From: Phyllobates terribilis
Lineage: Eukaryota
NCBI RefSeq assembly: GCF_046119375.1
Contig: NW_027362765.1
Span: 114,452,001 to 114,516,000 of the forward strand
Direction: 5' to 3'
Length of the DNA: 64,000 nucleotides
Positions 49,508 to 62,829 of the stretch are shown in pieces. Position 1 is the first letter of the stretch, and every line of letters begins with the position of its first letter. The translations under genes were made by a program, and so were the position numbers. The notes below the pieces were generated by a model. That model saw only the letters and a program-made list of their open reading frames with translations, was not told the origin of the DNA and did not search any database.

Positions 49508-50602
49508 CTGCAAAGAGAATACACTTCGGTGATGGGAGTGTTCCCTGCAATCAATTAACATCTGTTTGGGGGTTTAACTGCAAGCAGTATCAGCTTGTTA
49601 GGTGCAACCTCAGCCCAAACCTGAGATGGGAAAAGTGAATATATTTTGGAAGTATGGAAGGAGCAGACTAACCAGACGAGCATGCTCAATAAGAACCAGA
49701 CTGGCATAAAGCCAGCAACTCCAGCTTCTGATGCCAACACATTGTATCCTCACTCAGGAGACTGGAAGGGGGCTCTGCTTTGGCCGTCACATTCACTTAC
49801 TAAGATTTAGGATAAACACTGCAATTGTATAGGTTATTGAGATAGAGAGAAAGACCAGAATATAAAGAGGCTTTAGAGACCACTGTAGAAGTGAGAAAGC
49901 TGAAATTAGATTACAAATAGTGTTTACTACAACTACATAGCAAGTGTCACTGGGGTGGGTGGAAGAATGTGAGAGCTCTACACTCATGTCATCTTTCCAA
50001 AAAGTGGTAAACATGTCAGGAAATGAGTAAAAACATTTTTTTTAAGCAAGGTTTGCAATGTTATCAATTTTGTAATATACTCCTGTACCTTATCTGGCTT
50101 CTCTCTAAAACATGTTGAAAGTTGTGTCACTTGCCTTGTCCATGCACTTAGGCCTGCAGTTGAGATCGGTGACTATACAGATACCAGACTTGTGAGCGTC
50201 TCTGCGCCCCTCCATTGTGCTCACACTAGTTACAACCCCCCTCCCTGTAAGTATGGGGGAGAGGAGCAGAGAAACTCACATGGGAGCAATACATTTACAG
50301 TTCAGATCAGCCTCTAGGTGAATGAACAAAGCAGGTGAAACAGGACTTTCAACATAGGTTGTAAGAAAAGGAAGCCAGACAATGGCATATATTACAATAG
50401 GTTCATAACTTTGCAAAGACTGATGAATAGAGGAGGGAGGGGGGCAGATAGACAAATTAAAGAAACACATCACGATTAGATGTGTGGTCAAATCAATAAG
50501 TCAGGTTCTCATTTCATTCAGCATCAATACTTCATTTACAAATGCTAATAGCTACCATTACATGGTTATTCATGGAGACAACATCACGAGGGGGGAAGGC
50601 GG

Positions 50603-51039
50603 TTAAAGGGGTTGTCCACTACTTTATATGATTCCCCCAGGGTCTGTTTCTCCAAATACCTCGTGGTGCCTTTTCTGCCTGTGAGCGGCACCATCGCTGG
50701 CAACTCACAGGCATCACGTGTCCCTCTTCCACGTTCCATGGTAGATGCTGGGTTGTGGGCAGGGTTACCCCACGCGCGCTCCCTCTCCTCATTCACTGGA
50801 AAAACGCGCGGTGGATGCTGGGTGTGACGCACAGGGTATCCCCCCGCCTACAGAACAGCGGGGAGTGTGTCACTTGTCACGCCTCACTTGACATGGACAG
50901 TGACGGGTCACATGATGCCTCTGAGCAGCCAGCAATAGCGCTGCTCATAGGCAGAAAATGTACCGCAAGGTACTTATAAATACACTTCCGGGCCCCACGG
51001 GGGATACATGGGGGGGGGGGGGGTGGACAACTTTTTTAA
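50603..51039. mobile_element. T2/Kolobok-type MITE
   Basis: TTAAaggggttgtccact ... gtggacaacttttTTAA. Confidence 0.7.
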
Positions 51040-51254
51040 TGTCGCCTCCCTGGGGTGATTGCTGAAGGCCATCACTATAGGTTTTTTGTTGTTTTTTTGT
51101 CAAGATACCAGTGCAGACCAATACCTGGACTGACTGGTCTGATGCAAACACAACTGCCTCATTGGGCATATATGAAGCCATCTCGGTTTAGGCCAGGAGA
51201 CCTGCAACCTGTCTGGTAATTGAAGTCAGTGCAGAGTGAGACATGACTGCAGCC

Positions 51255-51497
51255 TTAGGCCACAGCCCCACTATCAGTATTTGGTCAGTATTTTTTCTCG
51301 GGAGTGGGAGCCAAAACCAGGAGTGGATGATAAATGCAGAATTGGTGACTTGTTTCTATTATACCTTTTCTCTGATTTTTCTCAGGAGTGGGAGCCAAAA
51401 CCAGGTGAGGAACAATCAGAGAAAAGGTATAATAGAATCAAGTCACCAATTCTGCATTTATCACCCACTCCTGAGAGAAATACTGACCGTGGCCTTT
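51255..51497. mobile_element. Palindromic MITE, copy 2 of 3 (internal duplication)
   Basis: ttaggccacagccccactatcagta start; tttctcaggagtgggagccaaaaccagg is present twice. Confidence 0.7.
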
Positions 51498-52610
51498 AGT
51501 TTTACAGGAATTACATCCATCAGGCTGTGTTCACACATTGCAGCTGTGTTGTGGCCACAACTTGTTAGAAAGCCCTGTGCAGTTTGAATGACAGCAGAAA
51601 ATTGGTAGCCAACAAAACTACTGAAAACCCATGAACAAAAGCAATGTCATTTGCAATCTGCGCCAATCTTCACAGGGCTGTGGAGTCGGCAAGCCAAACC
51701 TCAGACTCCCTCATACATGGCTCATGTTTAAGTGATGAATCTGTGCTACAGTAAATTTATCTCAGCTGAATGTCTAGACCCTTAGATCAGGAATAGGACA
51801 GACATTTCATAACTTTCCCAAACCCTTATGAAAAAAATATATTCCCCATAAACTGCATGGAACTACTGTACCCAATTTATTATATATTTTAGGAGTCCGA
51901 GTACTTCATACAGACTCCACAGCCCTGAATCTTAATGCAGGTCCAGTTTTGTGCCGACTAACAGCAGGCGTGTGAGCCCAGGAGATCCCAATTGGGGTCC
52001 GTTTGCTTCTCCCAACTTCCTGCCTGCTGACGCACAGCCTCCCTGTGCAAACCTGTCAACTCTTTCGTTTCATTAAACAGTTCAAACAAAAAAAACAGTC
52101 AACTCTAAGGCTAAGTGCCCACGATGCAGAAATGCTGCATATTTTTTCCGCTGCTCCCTGGCAGGAAAAACACATGCGGATTTTACATGCATCTTTCCCG
52201 TCAGGCAGAAGCGATTGTCAAGCGTTTTTTGCATGCGGGTTATCAAGCGCTTTTCCAAGAAATTTTAACATCACCCCCTGTGGTAATTATAATGATCCCC
52301 CCCCTCCAGTGCACAGCAGTTGTGGTGGCCATATCCCGCATACTTCTCTTTACACGAGGCACACTTCTTCCTCCCATCTATGGTCATTGTACTGCAGGGA
52401 TCTTGTGCCTGAACAGGCGAGTCACTGATTTCTATCACCTGTATGCTCATATTAGTAGGTCAGATAAGTCCCAGATGGTGATAGATTCCCTTTAAAGTTG
52501 AAACAGATGATTACTGAACGTAACCATGGAGATATTTGGAGGCATTTCCCTTCATGCCTGTATGGCCATGATAATTAGTGACCCCGCAAGTCAGATTACA
52601 CCATACTCAC

Positions 52611-52749
52611 AGTAGCCGATTTCTGCTCATCGAATCGTGTGCACCTCTGAAGTTCCCTGTAGAGCTCCCCACGGGGGGCGTAATCCAAGATGAGGTAGAC
52701 TCTGGTGGAATCATGAAAATAGCCATAGAGTCGGAGAATGTTGGGATGC
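52611..52749 (-). CDS. AURKA: AURKA coding exon 5
   Basis: 139 nt, [50 protein letters not shown] flanks. Confidence 0.95.
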
Positions 52750-53333
52750 CTGCAAAGAAAATAAAATGTATAACAGTTCTAATACATTTCAGTTTTCATA
52801 CCAATAATATTGAAAGGGAACCTGACAGCTCTGATGACATTATCATCCAGCTAATATAGTGTTATCTAACCTGACAGGATAGCTTTAATATTCTTGGGAT
52901 GAAGTCTAGTCAGGTCAGCTAACTATTAACCTGCAGATATAGGGTTATCTATAGGTTAATAGCATTCAGGAGGTGCCTGGCTGCTGCACTCGAAGAAATT
53001 TTACTTTATTGCTCCTAGGAGCAGCCATCCTTCAGTGATCACCCACAGTACTGAGCAGTGGCCGTAAGCAAACACTGGCACTTTGACTGACAGCTGGTTC
53101 TGCACCGACATGAGATCTAGTCATACTGGTGTGCTGGCACAGCCAGTGATCACTCACAGCACAGAGCGGAGTGTGTGCACGCTCTGGCACTGACAGATGG
53201 CTGAGCCCATTATACTTTTCCTCTGTTCCACTCCTGGTTTTGGCTTACAAGTACTGAACGAGGATGTAGAGACTGGTTATTTGTCATAAAACACACCTCT
53301 CAGGTGGTCATCTGAAATAGACCATGCACCCAC

Positions 53334-53525
53334 CTCAAGTGAGATTGGATTTCCACCTCTCGGCGCAGCTGGTGTTCCACCCCTGCCTTCTCCAACTGGG
53401 ACTTGAACAGAACCTTCAGCGCCAGGATGAATTTACTCTGCTTCTCACGAGCCAAGTACACATTGCCAAACTTTCCTTTCCCTAAAGGACGGCCGATCTC
53501 AAAGTCTTCAAGACACCACTGCTTC
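53334..53525 (-). CDS. AURKA: AURKA coding exon 4 (Gly-rich loop and catalytic Lys)
   Basis: 192 nt, [63 protein letters not shown]. Confidence 0.96.
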
Positions 53526-54191
53526 CTGTAGGTACAAGACAGTGTTACCACCACCAATGCCATCAGGAATACTCCTGGAAGAGTGGCAGTCAGTCTTCTG
53601 CAAATAATAAGGTAGTTGGACAGGACTTAGCTTCCCCTATTAAAGGCTGACAGCGATATATGTGCAGTCAATTTTCAGACTGGTCTGATTTGATCCAAGT
53701 CACTAAGGCTTTTCACAGGTCCATTTTTTTTTTTTTTTTTTTTTTTGGGGGGGGGGGGGGGGGTAGACTAAAAAGGTCTGAATGAGGCTTAAATTTTTTT
53801 TTTCTTCCACTCTTCATATCTTTTCAGACTCTCTCATATGCCCTCCCTCCAAGTTTCAGGTGGGTTTTCAGTGGGAGCATCAACCGGACCCTGGATACAC
53901 AGCGTGCATCTTGCCTAGGTCTTCATTACCCTACATATCAATGATGCACCCATTTCTCCTCTAAACTGTGTACGCTGCCCTCCGCGAGATCATGCTCCCC
54001 TTCACATTGGAGATCTGTGTACAACCCCAACACCGGGCTCAGAGGGCCATAATCCACAACTGGCTGCAGGTTTACCAGGCAGAATGTCCTGCCTCATATC
54101 TGCATACAACATCGTCCACCCAAGCATCAGAGGGTAGGCCAGTTGGACTATGAAACCCAAATGTTTACAAGGACTCACACTTTGTTTATTT

Positions 54192-54362
54192 AGTCCAAGA
54201 CCCCACCATCAGTATATTTTCCTCAGGAGTGGGTGATAGAAACAAGTCACCAATTCTGCATTTATTATATTTTTTCTCTGGATTGTTCTTTACATGGTTT
54301 TGGCTCCCATGCCTGAGAAAAAAAATACTTACCAAGTACTGATAGTAGGGCCATGGCCTTAA
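54192..54362. mobile_element. Palindromic MITE, copy 3 of 3
   Basis: Shares gtcaccaattctgcattta and ends tactgatagtagggccatggccttaa. Confidence 0.65.
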
Positions 54363-54527
54363 GGTGCACCCACAAACTGCAGGTGTATGTAGGGGAATGT
54401 AATATTAGGAAACAAGTCTGGCAACCATATTTTACACGAAGGACCATAAAATCTTAGAACTTTTACTGCAGGCAGTGCCATTGTATATCACCATAATTTG
54501 CCTCATTTTTATTGTAAGCACTGTATT

Positions 54528-54965
54528 TTAAAGGGATACTCTTGAGAGATAAAAATTTTGTACTGTCCCTGCCCTCATACACCAACGATGAGATGCCCAA
54601 TGTACGCATCTTTAGAACATTTGTAATTCTGTGTGACAGCAGCTGCTCCTCACTGCTCTCCCCTCCCGCCTGGGATATTACAGCAGTGTGGAGCTCCATG
54701 CTGTTACCATCAGCCAGTCTCTTTATAATAGTTTCTCTGCAGAAAACAGGTAGAAGGCCACATCCCCTCTTCTGACTGGCTGTTACTCACAGGAGGGAGC
54801 TGCACCCCAGTTTGTGACAATGACCTAGATGGGGAGGGCAGGAGGAGCAGCTGCTGTCACACAGAATTACAAATGTTCTAAAGATACATACACTGGGCAT
54901 CTCATCTTTCTAGTGTATGACAGGGACATTACAAAAACTCTTCATCTCCCCAGGTACTCCTTTAA
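54528..54965. mobile_element. T2-type hairpin MITE
   Basis: TTAAagggatact ... ggtactccttTAA, with an internal ~40-bp inverted pair at about 54611 and 54843. Confidence 0.7.
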
Positions 54966-55640
54966 GTTTACACCTTGTATCAGCTGACAAGTTCCCTTTT
55001 AAAGAGTACATGATGCCTACAGTTTGGGCAGCATGCATCAGGCTGTACAATCACAGCCATGTATGTTAGTCTCTGAAACGCTGCCAAAAAAAAAAAAAAT
55101 GTAAATAGCTGCTGAGGATTGAGCTGTTCTATTAACTAGTCATAAAGGCGGGTCCCTGGTGGCTTCTCCCCACCCGCTGACAGTGACTAGCCTGTATGAC
55201 TAGTCAATCGCACAGCTCGGTCCCCAACTGTTTCTTTGAAATGCTGCAGCATTTCAGAGACTAACATATGGCTGTGATCGTACAGCCAGTGCTCAGGTTG
55301 GGCAGCATGCATCAGCTGACAGGTTCCCTTTAAATCCTAAGGCTTTTGACTGACGGAAAACAGTGTCTTTTGGAGACTCATCCAGTTTGATGACTGGGGC
55401 AGCATGTTTTGCATCTGGGGTGTGATTCATCCCTTTGACTCTGCTGTAGACTGAGCAAGTGCAAGATTGAGTGAGGATATTAATTAACCCCTTGCAGTTG
55501 CACCCACATCAAGTGCTGAGAAATGTGTACTTAATGGCCTTTAACCATTGCAAAGCTGCCCTATTTTTAATCTATATCCCCTGAGCATCCCAATACTAGT
55601 GGAACCATTCATATTAAAATAAATCTATTTATCTACTCAC

Positions 55641-55719
55641 TTTTTACCCTCTTCCTTGGGGAGGACTGTGGCCGGGGCCTTGTTCTGATCAGCAGTAGCC
55701 TTCTTGTCTATAAATGGTG
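55641..55719 (-). CDS. AURKA: AURKA coding exon 3
   Basis: 79 nt, ttccag|CACCATTT...GGTAAAAA|gtgagt, (A)PFIDKKATADQNKAPATVLPKEEGK. Phase 1 to 2 fits both neighbours. Confidence 0.85.
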
Positions 55720-55834
55720 CTGGAAAAGTAGAAAACAATACAGTCATGGAGAGTGGCGATTCTCAGGTGTGACTTGACCCTAGTTTCTCTTCAATCCTCT
55801 GCAGTGTATGTCATCATATTCTGTGCCGATACAC

Positions 55835-57046
55835 TTAAGGTACCATCACACCTAGCAACGCTACAGCGATCCCGACAACGATACGACCTGTCAGGGATCG
55901 TTGCTGCGTCGCTATGTGGTCGCTGGTGAGCTGTCAAACAGTCAGATCTTCCCAACGACACAGCAACGATACGGTGACCCGTAGCGACCTGTATAACGTT
56001 GGGACCCTGTCACATAGCAGCTACTCTGACGATTCAGACCTCGATGAAGGACGACTTCTCAGTTCTGAGTCGCCAACGAGGTCGTTGGTAAGGTGTCAAA
56101 CACCGATGCATGCTACCCAGCGGGACCTCATCAAAAAATGGTCCAGGCCATTTCGGCATGACCAGCGATCTCACAGCAGGGGCCTGGTCGCTACTGCGTG
56201 TCAAAAGTAGCAAGATCGCTGCCGAGGTTGCTGTTGCGTCACAAAACTTGTGACTCAGCAGCGATCTCGCTTAGTGTGACAGGGGCTTAAGGCACAATGG
56301 GATAAAGGCCCCGTCACACATAACGAGAGTTAGTGAGTCACGGTTTTGGGATCGCTGGAGAGTCGTTTCATGATCGTTAGGGAGCTGTCAAATATGCAGA
56401 ACTTCCCAACGATTTTGGCCGCCCCAGCTATCTAACTAACGATCTCGGCGGTCGTTGGGATGCTTTCACACAGCAGCTATTTCAACTATCCACACCTTGA
56501 TAGGGACTGTACTGTGTCACAAAGGCGTGCATAAAAATTACTTTTCCGCGCCCCCTCATCTCTGATTGGTGGACGCTACTGCGTACGGCCAGTCACAGCC
56601 GGAGAATGCTACAACGATCCGCAAAATCAGGACTCAGTCGAATGAACGGATATCAACAGCCCAGAGAATTCTGCAATCCAGCACGAGGTCAGAAACCAAG
56701 GATGGAATCGCTATTCTGTTGCCTTCTTTATGCACGGCGGAAAATGAGAACGCGCCAATCGGGGACGAGGGGCGCGGAAAAGTCCAATTTATGCACGCCT
56801 ACGTGTCTCAGTTCTGAATAGCTAACGAGGTCGTTGATAAGGTGTCAAATACAGCAATGCACACTGCCCAGCGGGAGCGCAACGACCCAGGAAGCTCTGT
56901 AACGATCAGCGATCTCACAGCAGGGGCCTGATCGTTGCTACCTGTCAGACATAAAAAGATCGCTAGCAAGATCGCTATGGCGTCACAAAAACCGTGACGC
57001 ATCAACGATCTCGCTAGGGATCTCGTTATGTGTGATGGGGCCTTAA
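55835..57046. mobile_element. Two adjacent CpG-rich MITEs (55835-56290 and 56303-57046) of a related family
   Basis: ttaaggtaccatcacac...gtgtgacaggggcttaa and taaaggccccgtcacacataacgag...ctcgttatgtgtgatggggccttaa. Confidence 0.7.
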
Positions 57047-57162
57047 CCCTTTATTCATACAATGATGTCATCTTCTAAATCTAAAAAGCAAATATTGACC
57101 CATATACTTAACACCAAATGGGGTGAATGCAGCACAGATGACATAACTAGCAGATTTCTCAC

Positions 57163-57430
57163 CCGCTGAGTGATTGCTCAGGGCCGGCTCCTTGTTCTCA
57201 TTCAACGCCTGTGGTTTGCACGGATGCTGCACTGGAGCAGTTGGCTTTGTCGCTTGTACCGTCTGCTTCTGATTGGGTACAACTGGCTTCTTAGTGAGGA
57301 CCCTCTGTGGCTGGTTAGAAGAGCAGAGGACTCTCTGTGGGGCTGTGCTGTTCCCAGCTTGCTTCACCTGGGGGGCATGTTGCTGAGTAACTGGAATACG
57401 TTTTGGGCCGTCAGCCATAGATGTCAAGCT
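57163..57430 (-). CDS. AURKA: AURKA coding exon 2 (A-box region)
   Basis: 268 nt, SLTSMADGPKRIPV...QRVLCSSNQPQRVL...NENKEP, ctttag|AGC and GCGG|gtgaga. Confidence 0.9.
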
Positions 57431-58439
57431 CTAAAGACAAAAAAAAAATGCAAAACTGAAGTTATAAAAGGAAGATTGTATGTCTGGCATCCCAAAAGTG
57501 GTAGAAAATAGTGACCACCTGGGCTTAACATTGTAGAAAGTAGTAGATTGAAGCCTCCCCCCCTCCTTACAGGGAGAGTTATCAGAATTGCCCAAGTGAA
57601 GACCGCTGGCATTCATGCATTACACATACATTGATGGGAATGGAAGCTGTACAGTGGTGCCAAGCAGACAACTGCAATAAAGACAGAAAGGGGACAAGAC
57701 ATTTAAGGTGCAAGGGGAGTTGAGGCATTTACTGCTGGTTCTGACCATGTAGGACATTACCTTGATTGGGCATGTTATGGATTGTAGGCCAATATCAGCC
57801 ATTTCAGGATGGGGGTTGGCCGACTAATCTCCAACATGATTATAGAAAGTTCCATAAAGGAAGTTTATTTTAAAACATTACAATTTTGGTGAGGGCAACG
57901 AGTGCAGAAACCCTCACTACTATTTGAAATGAAAGAGGGTCAACAGTGCACAGCCTATACAATTCTGACAGTCTCTCCTCGGAGCAGATGAGAGGGGTGT
58001 ACCAATTCTTATACAGTCTGAGCCTTACATGAACCCACAAGTCACTACTTTCTGAGGGAAGCAGGGCAGAGTCCATCAGAAGATTCTCTTACTACACCAC
58101 TGATTTTTCTATAAGAAGGGTTGACTGGCACATACATTGGGGAGAGGGGCTGACATTAAGCCTGTCTCCATATAACTGCAAGTACAAGCAATCAGCACCG
58201 TTCACATCTGATAACCCTAGTGGGCAGGCGTTTTGTCTCAACACTCAAAGGATGCAGTCTATTGTAAACCCCCACCTTTAGAAAAGTTATCCAACACAGA
58301 AGGCTCTGATAGGGTTGGACAGGGATTGGGACCTCCTCCCCCCCCCCCCCCCCACAAAAATGCAGGTAGACCCTGCTTTGAATTTCTCCAGCTGCCACAG
58401 GCACACATACAGCTGGGTCTAGGTTTGGTTGTCTGCAGG

Positions 58440-58665
58440 TTTTTATTTTACGGACTTATATAGTGCCATTAATTCCACAGTGCTTTGCAAACATATAATC
58501 ACTGCCCATTGGGGCTCAATCTAGATTTGGTTTCTTTGGGGTGTGCGAGGTAACCCACAAGAACACAGGGAGAACATACAAACTCCTTACAGATGTTGTC
58601 CTTGATGGGATTTGAATTCAGGATCCCAAAGCTGGAAAGCAAGAGTGCTAACCACTGAGCCTCCT
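58440..58665 (-). mobile_element. tRNA-headed SINE with an L2-like tail
   Basis: Minus-strand GGCTCAGTGG A-box and GAATTCAAATCC B-box-like motif, with tail aagcactgtggaattaatggcactatataag. Confidence 0.7.
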
Positions 58666-58816
58666 GGTGCAGATGAATAAAGTGTATGTATATAATCATA
58701 AAGAGAGGTCCCTTTAAAGCAAATTTTTATTTATATAGCAGTCATCATCCAATAGCTACTATAAACAAGTGTTCACAATAAGGACTAACACTGTCCTTCC
58801 ACCCAGTATCTCCTAC

Positions 58817-58873
58817 CTTCACGTTACAGCCAGAAAGTCCATTGCGGTTCTCCTTGGCTGATCGCTGCTCCAT
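58817..58873 (-). CDS. AURKA: AURKA first coding exon (KEN box)
   Basis: ttacag|GACAAC ATG GAG CAG..., MEQRSAKENRNGLSGCNVK|gtagga, phase 0. Confidence 0.85.
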
Positions 58874-60232
58874 GTTGTCCTGTAATAAGATCATCAAGGG
58901 GGTAAGAGGTTTGTTCCTTTTAATTAGGTTTCTGGCTGCAGCTAGATACATGACAAACCTCATCTCCTTCCCGAGTCCACTGGAGAGTCTGTTGCAGCAC
59001 TGACATCACAGCAGACAACACCAATCTGTGATCTCAGCGCCACTGCCAGTGTAACCAGAACGCCCCCCCCCCCACCACCACCACCCCTCTTCAGAGGCGC
59101 AGCCAGTGCCAGACAACAAGAGCTATGGTGGAGACCCAGGGAAGTGGAGCACAAGGCAGTTTGTTGTTATATAACAAACTTCAATTAAAGGGCATTCCCA
59201 TCTCCAAGATCCTATCCCAATATGTAGTAGGTGTATTATTAGCAAATAACCTATACTTCATTTCTAATTTAAGGTATCTGATTCGCCATGTCTTTCCTCC
59301 TGTTTAGGCATTGAAGGACCTTAGGTATCCATGGTTACGACCACTGATATAGTGACAGTTATAGTTGCCAGTGGTCGTAACCATGGATCCAATCCTGCTG
59401 ACAGGTGCACGTTGAGAGCGGCTGATCTGACTTGCAGGTCTATTAAATATCTGCACTTCTGTGCGAGTGTCTGTTCTCCCTCCCCTGTGCTCTATAGAAC
59501 GAACAAGTCAGATGAAACAGCCCTTTGTGCATGGAGTTTGGGATAAAAACTACGCAAGGTAAGGTGAAGGAATATTCCAAGTGGCTGAAAAGTTTTTTTT
59601 TTTGTTTGTTTTTTTAAACAGGGAAACAGTCATGTTAGAAAATGCTATTCACCTGTAGATATGGAGTTAATATGACAGCAATTTATAGAGAAATGCCTCA
59701 TGCAATAGGGTTAGAAAGAAACAAAGGATCCAAAAACCCATACCAAGCAAGCAGAGATTATTGTACACTGGAGTCGACAGACAGACACTTTGTGCAGAGC
59801 AAGCTTTCAGTCCTGGGTTAAGGAGGGTGCACACTCCTCTGACAGAAAGAGCGGCTTGAACTTGCACTCTCAGTATGGAAGACAAACATGACTTTAAGCT
59901 TCACCTGCGGGTCAGCCCCATATCGGCAAGCAGAGTTTTCCAACATGATAGGTTCCCACTAAACTCTGTACAACCCACCCTCCACATACAAACTAGGTGT
60001 GTGAAGTTGTGGAGCTCTCATCTGAATGTCCCATGAACTCAGGGGCCCCATAGTGTGTCAGAGCCCCTTTACTGTGAATATCAATAGTGGCCAAGCCCAC
60101 AAACCGCACTAATGTGACAAATACACGTCAGGCTCAGGTAAATTTCTGGCTGAAGCCGAAGTGCCATCTAATGCCTGCACACTCCATAACATGTGTACAG
60201 CATGACAGGATCAGGATCTGCCGTTTAACCAA

Positions 60233-60650
60233 TTAAAGGGGTTTTTCCAAATTCCCATGAACAAAGTACACTTTTTAATTAACAGATCTTGGAACGATAA
60301 AATGTTCCTGTGCTGAGATAATCTTATAAATGTGCCCCTGCTATGTGTACTGTGTAATGGCTGTGTCTGACCATGTACAAAACATAGTCTGATCATACCA
60401 CAGCTCCTGGGCAGAGTATACAGACATTACAACAGGGGGATAACAAGTGATTCTGTCTGTATACTCATTTCCTCCCCTGCCCAGGAGATGTGGTATATCA
60501 GCCACATCCATTACACAGTACACAGCAGGGGCACATTGATAAGATTATCTCAGCACAGGAACATTTTATTTAAACACATCCAATTGTCGAACTTATTATT
60601 CCAAGATCTATTGATTAAAATGAACTTTATTCATGGGAAAACCCCTTTAA
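60233..60650. mobile_element. T2/Kolobok-type MITE with TTAA TSD
   Basis: TTAAaggggtttttcc ... ggaaaaccccttTAA, with long internal inverted arms. Confidence 0.85.
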
Positions 60651-61038
60651 GTGCTGTTGTCATGCACTGACACTTAAGGGTGCCCTATTCACCCCCTCCC
60701 CCATATTGTGCATCAGTTCAGGTTCTCATATTGCCTCCTTCCATGCCATCACTGGGGGCTGAAGGGTTGCCATGCTGTGGGTGACCCCCAGTACCAGTGT
60801 AGTGGGCTGACGAGTCCCATCCCCAATACCAGTGTAGTGGCTGCACCCGCTGAACAGACTAATCCCATTATGTAGGTGTTAGGGGCTCACAGAATGGTCA
60901 TGTGACAGCCTCAGATAACCGGGGTCCCCGTTTCCTACTGTTGGGGGAGGGGAGGACTAATCACTGCGCAGCAGTCGCGACCATTGCTGACCATACAGCA
61001 GCTTTAGAGTGCGAGCTCCTGCGCTCAGCCCCCATTAC

Positions 61039-61190
61039 CTGCGCTGACTGGCGGCTCTCGGTCACACACCACTCGCAGTACAGCAGAGCCGGACACGACG
61101 CGTCTCCGCACACAGCAGTGGTGGTTGCTGCGTCCTCTGACCCCCGAGGCCTAATTCACGCCTCAGCTCTCACTCCACCAACCGCTCGTC
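61039..61190 (-). other. AURKA: Probable non-coding exon 1 of AURKA (5' boundary approximate)
   Basis: Donor gcgcag|GTAATG at 61039/61038 lies inside the CpG island, just downstream of the CDE/CHR. Confidence 0.6.
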
Positions 61191-61194
61191 TCCC

Positions 61195-61440
61195 CTCAGA
61201 TTCAAACAACCCGCTTTTAAAGCGCTTTAAACCGCTCTCGACGCTGATTGGCTGAAGCCTTGAAGGTGGTGGAAGGTGATTGGTTGATTGAAAGAAAAGC
61301 CGTTGAAGCGAGGAGGAAGCGAAGGACGTAATGACGCAAAAGGGGAGAGAGGAGGCGGTGCCTACAAAGCGCAAGCGCAGTGAGAGCAAAGTCGTGACGT
61401 CATTGCTAGTAGACCGGCGCGCCTTGGTGACTAATTTTTT
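61195..61440. promoter_or_regulatory. Bidirectional promoter: CDE/CHR, two CCAAT boxes, CRE-like sites
   Basis: Minus-strand AGCGG-GTTG-TTTGAA (61215-61201), CCAAT at 61247-61251 and 61279-61283, and tgacgtca near 61396. Confidence 0.75.
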
Positions 61441-61481
61441 TTTTATTTTTTTTTTTTACCGTTCAAAGCGGCGACCGAACT
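61390..61481 (+). other. Probable non-coding first exon of the divergent gene (likely CSTF1 by synteny)
   Basis: Strong donor aact|GTGAGT at 61481/61482. No coding exon is recognisable in the window, so the identity is inference only. Confidence 0.4.
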
Positions 61482-62829
61482 GTGAGTATGTGTGTGCGGC
61501 GCTCCTAGCACGGACCTGACCGTTACATGTAATGGAGGCTGGATTGTACGAGCTTCCATAGAGAGCAGCAGAGTCCAGTCTAAACGTGGCTTCCTGGACC
61601 TCGTGGTTCACTAGGGTTTGGAGAGAGGTTCCTTGTTACCACTAGTAACCATGCAGCTTTCATTTTCTAGTTGGACTGGAAAGCTGATACGTGACGTTTG
61701 ATTGGCTGCTGTTGATTATGCTAATTAGGTTGGGTATATTGTGTTTAAAAGTGGAGTTACCCTTTAAACGGAATCTGTCACCCCTGAGACCTATCAGACC
61801 TCTACTATGGGCATACAGGTGATAGTAATGTGAATCTATACTTCCCTGTATGCCTCATGTTAGATGACTGCTTTGAAATGTCTGTTTATTCAATCCATTT
61901 TCTGATGCTTGGGGGATGGGAAGAAATCCCCACCTACTTAGTGAATTACAATGTTACCCCCCCCTACCCTGCATGTCACAGTGCCCTGTGACGTGTAGTC
62001 TCGTCTTCCTTATCCCGCGCATTCCCAGTGTTTGTTGTCTGCAGCACTGATGTCACACTGACAGCGCTGCTGCCAATCGGTACACTCCGCAGCTCGTGCT
62101 GTATACACAGGCAGAATCGATGAGCTCAGCGATTGTCTGCAGTGCTGTTGGCGTGACATCAGTGCTGCAGACAATAATGCACACCGGGAACAGCATCCAA
62201 ATTCAAGGCCGGACCTGGGGAGGGTGAGAAAAGAACAGTAAATTTTTGCTTTTTTTTTTTTTTTCTTGTTTTTTTAAAACAAACTACAGCTAGGGGTTTT
62301 CAAACTTGGAAAATCACTTTAAAGGTTCACACGACCGTATAAAAAAATCATTCAGAGCTTCATCCAGAAAAGTGGGACAATTATTATCTCACTTGTAATC
62401 CATGTATAATCTGTTTTTTTTACAGCAGCTATTAATCATTTATAATTTCCTATGTTACAGCAATGTCTCAGTAATAATCGGATGTTATACTGTGGCTCCG
62501 TACGGCATCCAATTGATTTACACGCCTATAGACTTGAATACGTGACTCTCATCCGATTTACTCAAGAAACTAGTGAGTGCATGCTGGGATTTTTTTTTCA
62601 GATTTGGTCAGTGAAATTGCTCATCTGCACTGCCCCATTGAAAAACATTGATCCGAGGGCACACAGACTGAAAATTGTTGTGTGAACGAGCCCTAAAGGA
62701 GATATCTGGTCTTTTAAAGAGATTCTGTACCCAGGTTTTTGCTATCTCATTTGAGAGCAGATTATTGTTGTGGCAGACACCCTGATTACTATTTTTAAAG
62801 CACCAATAATTCCAGGGTGCAGGATGCAT

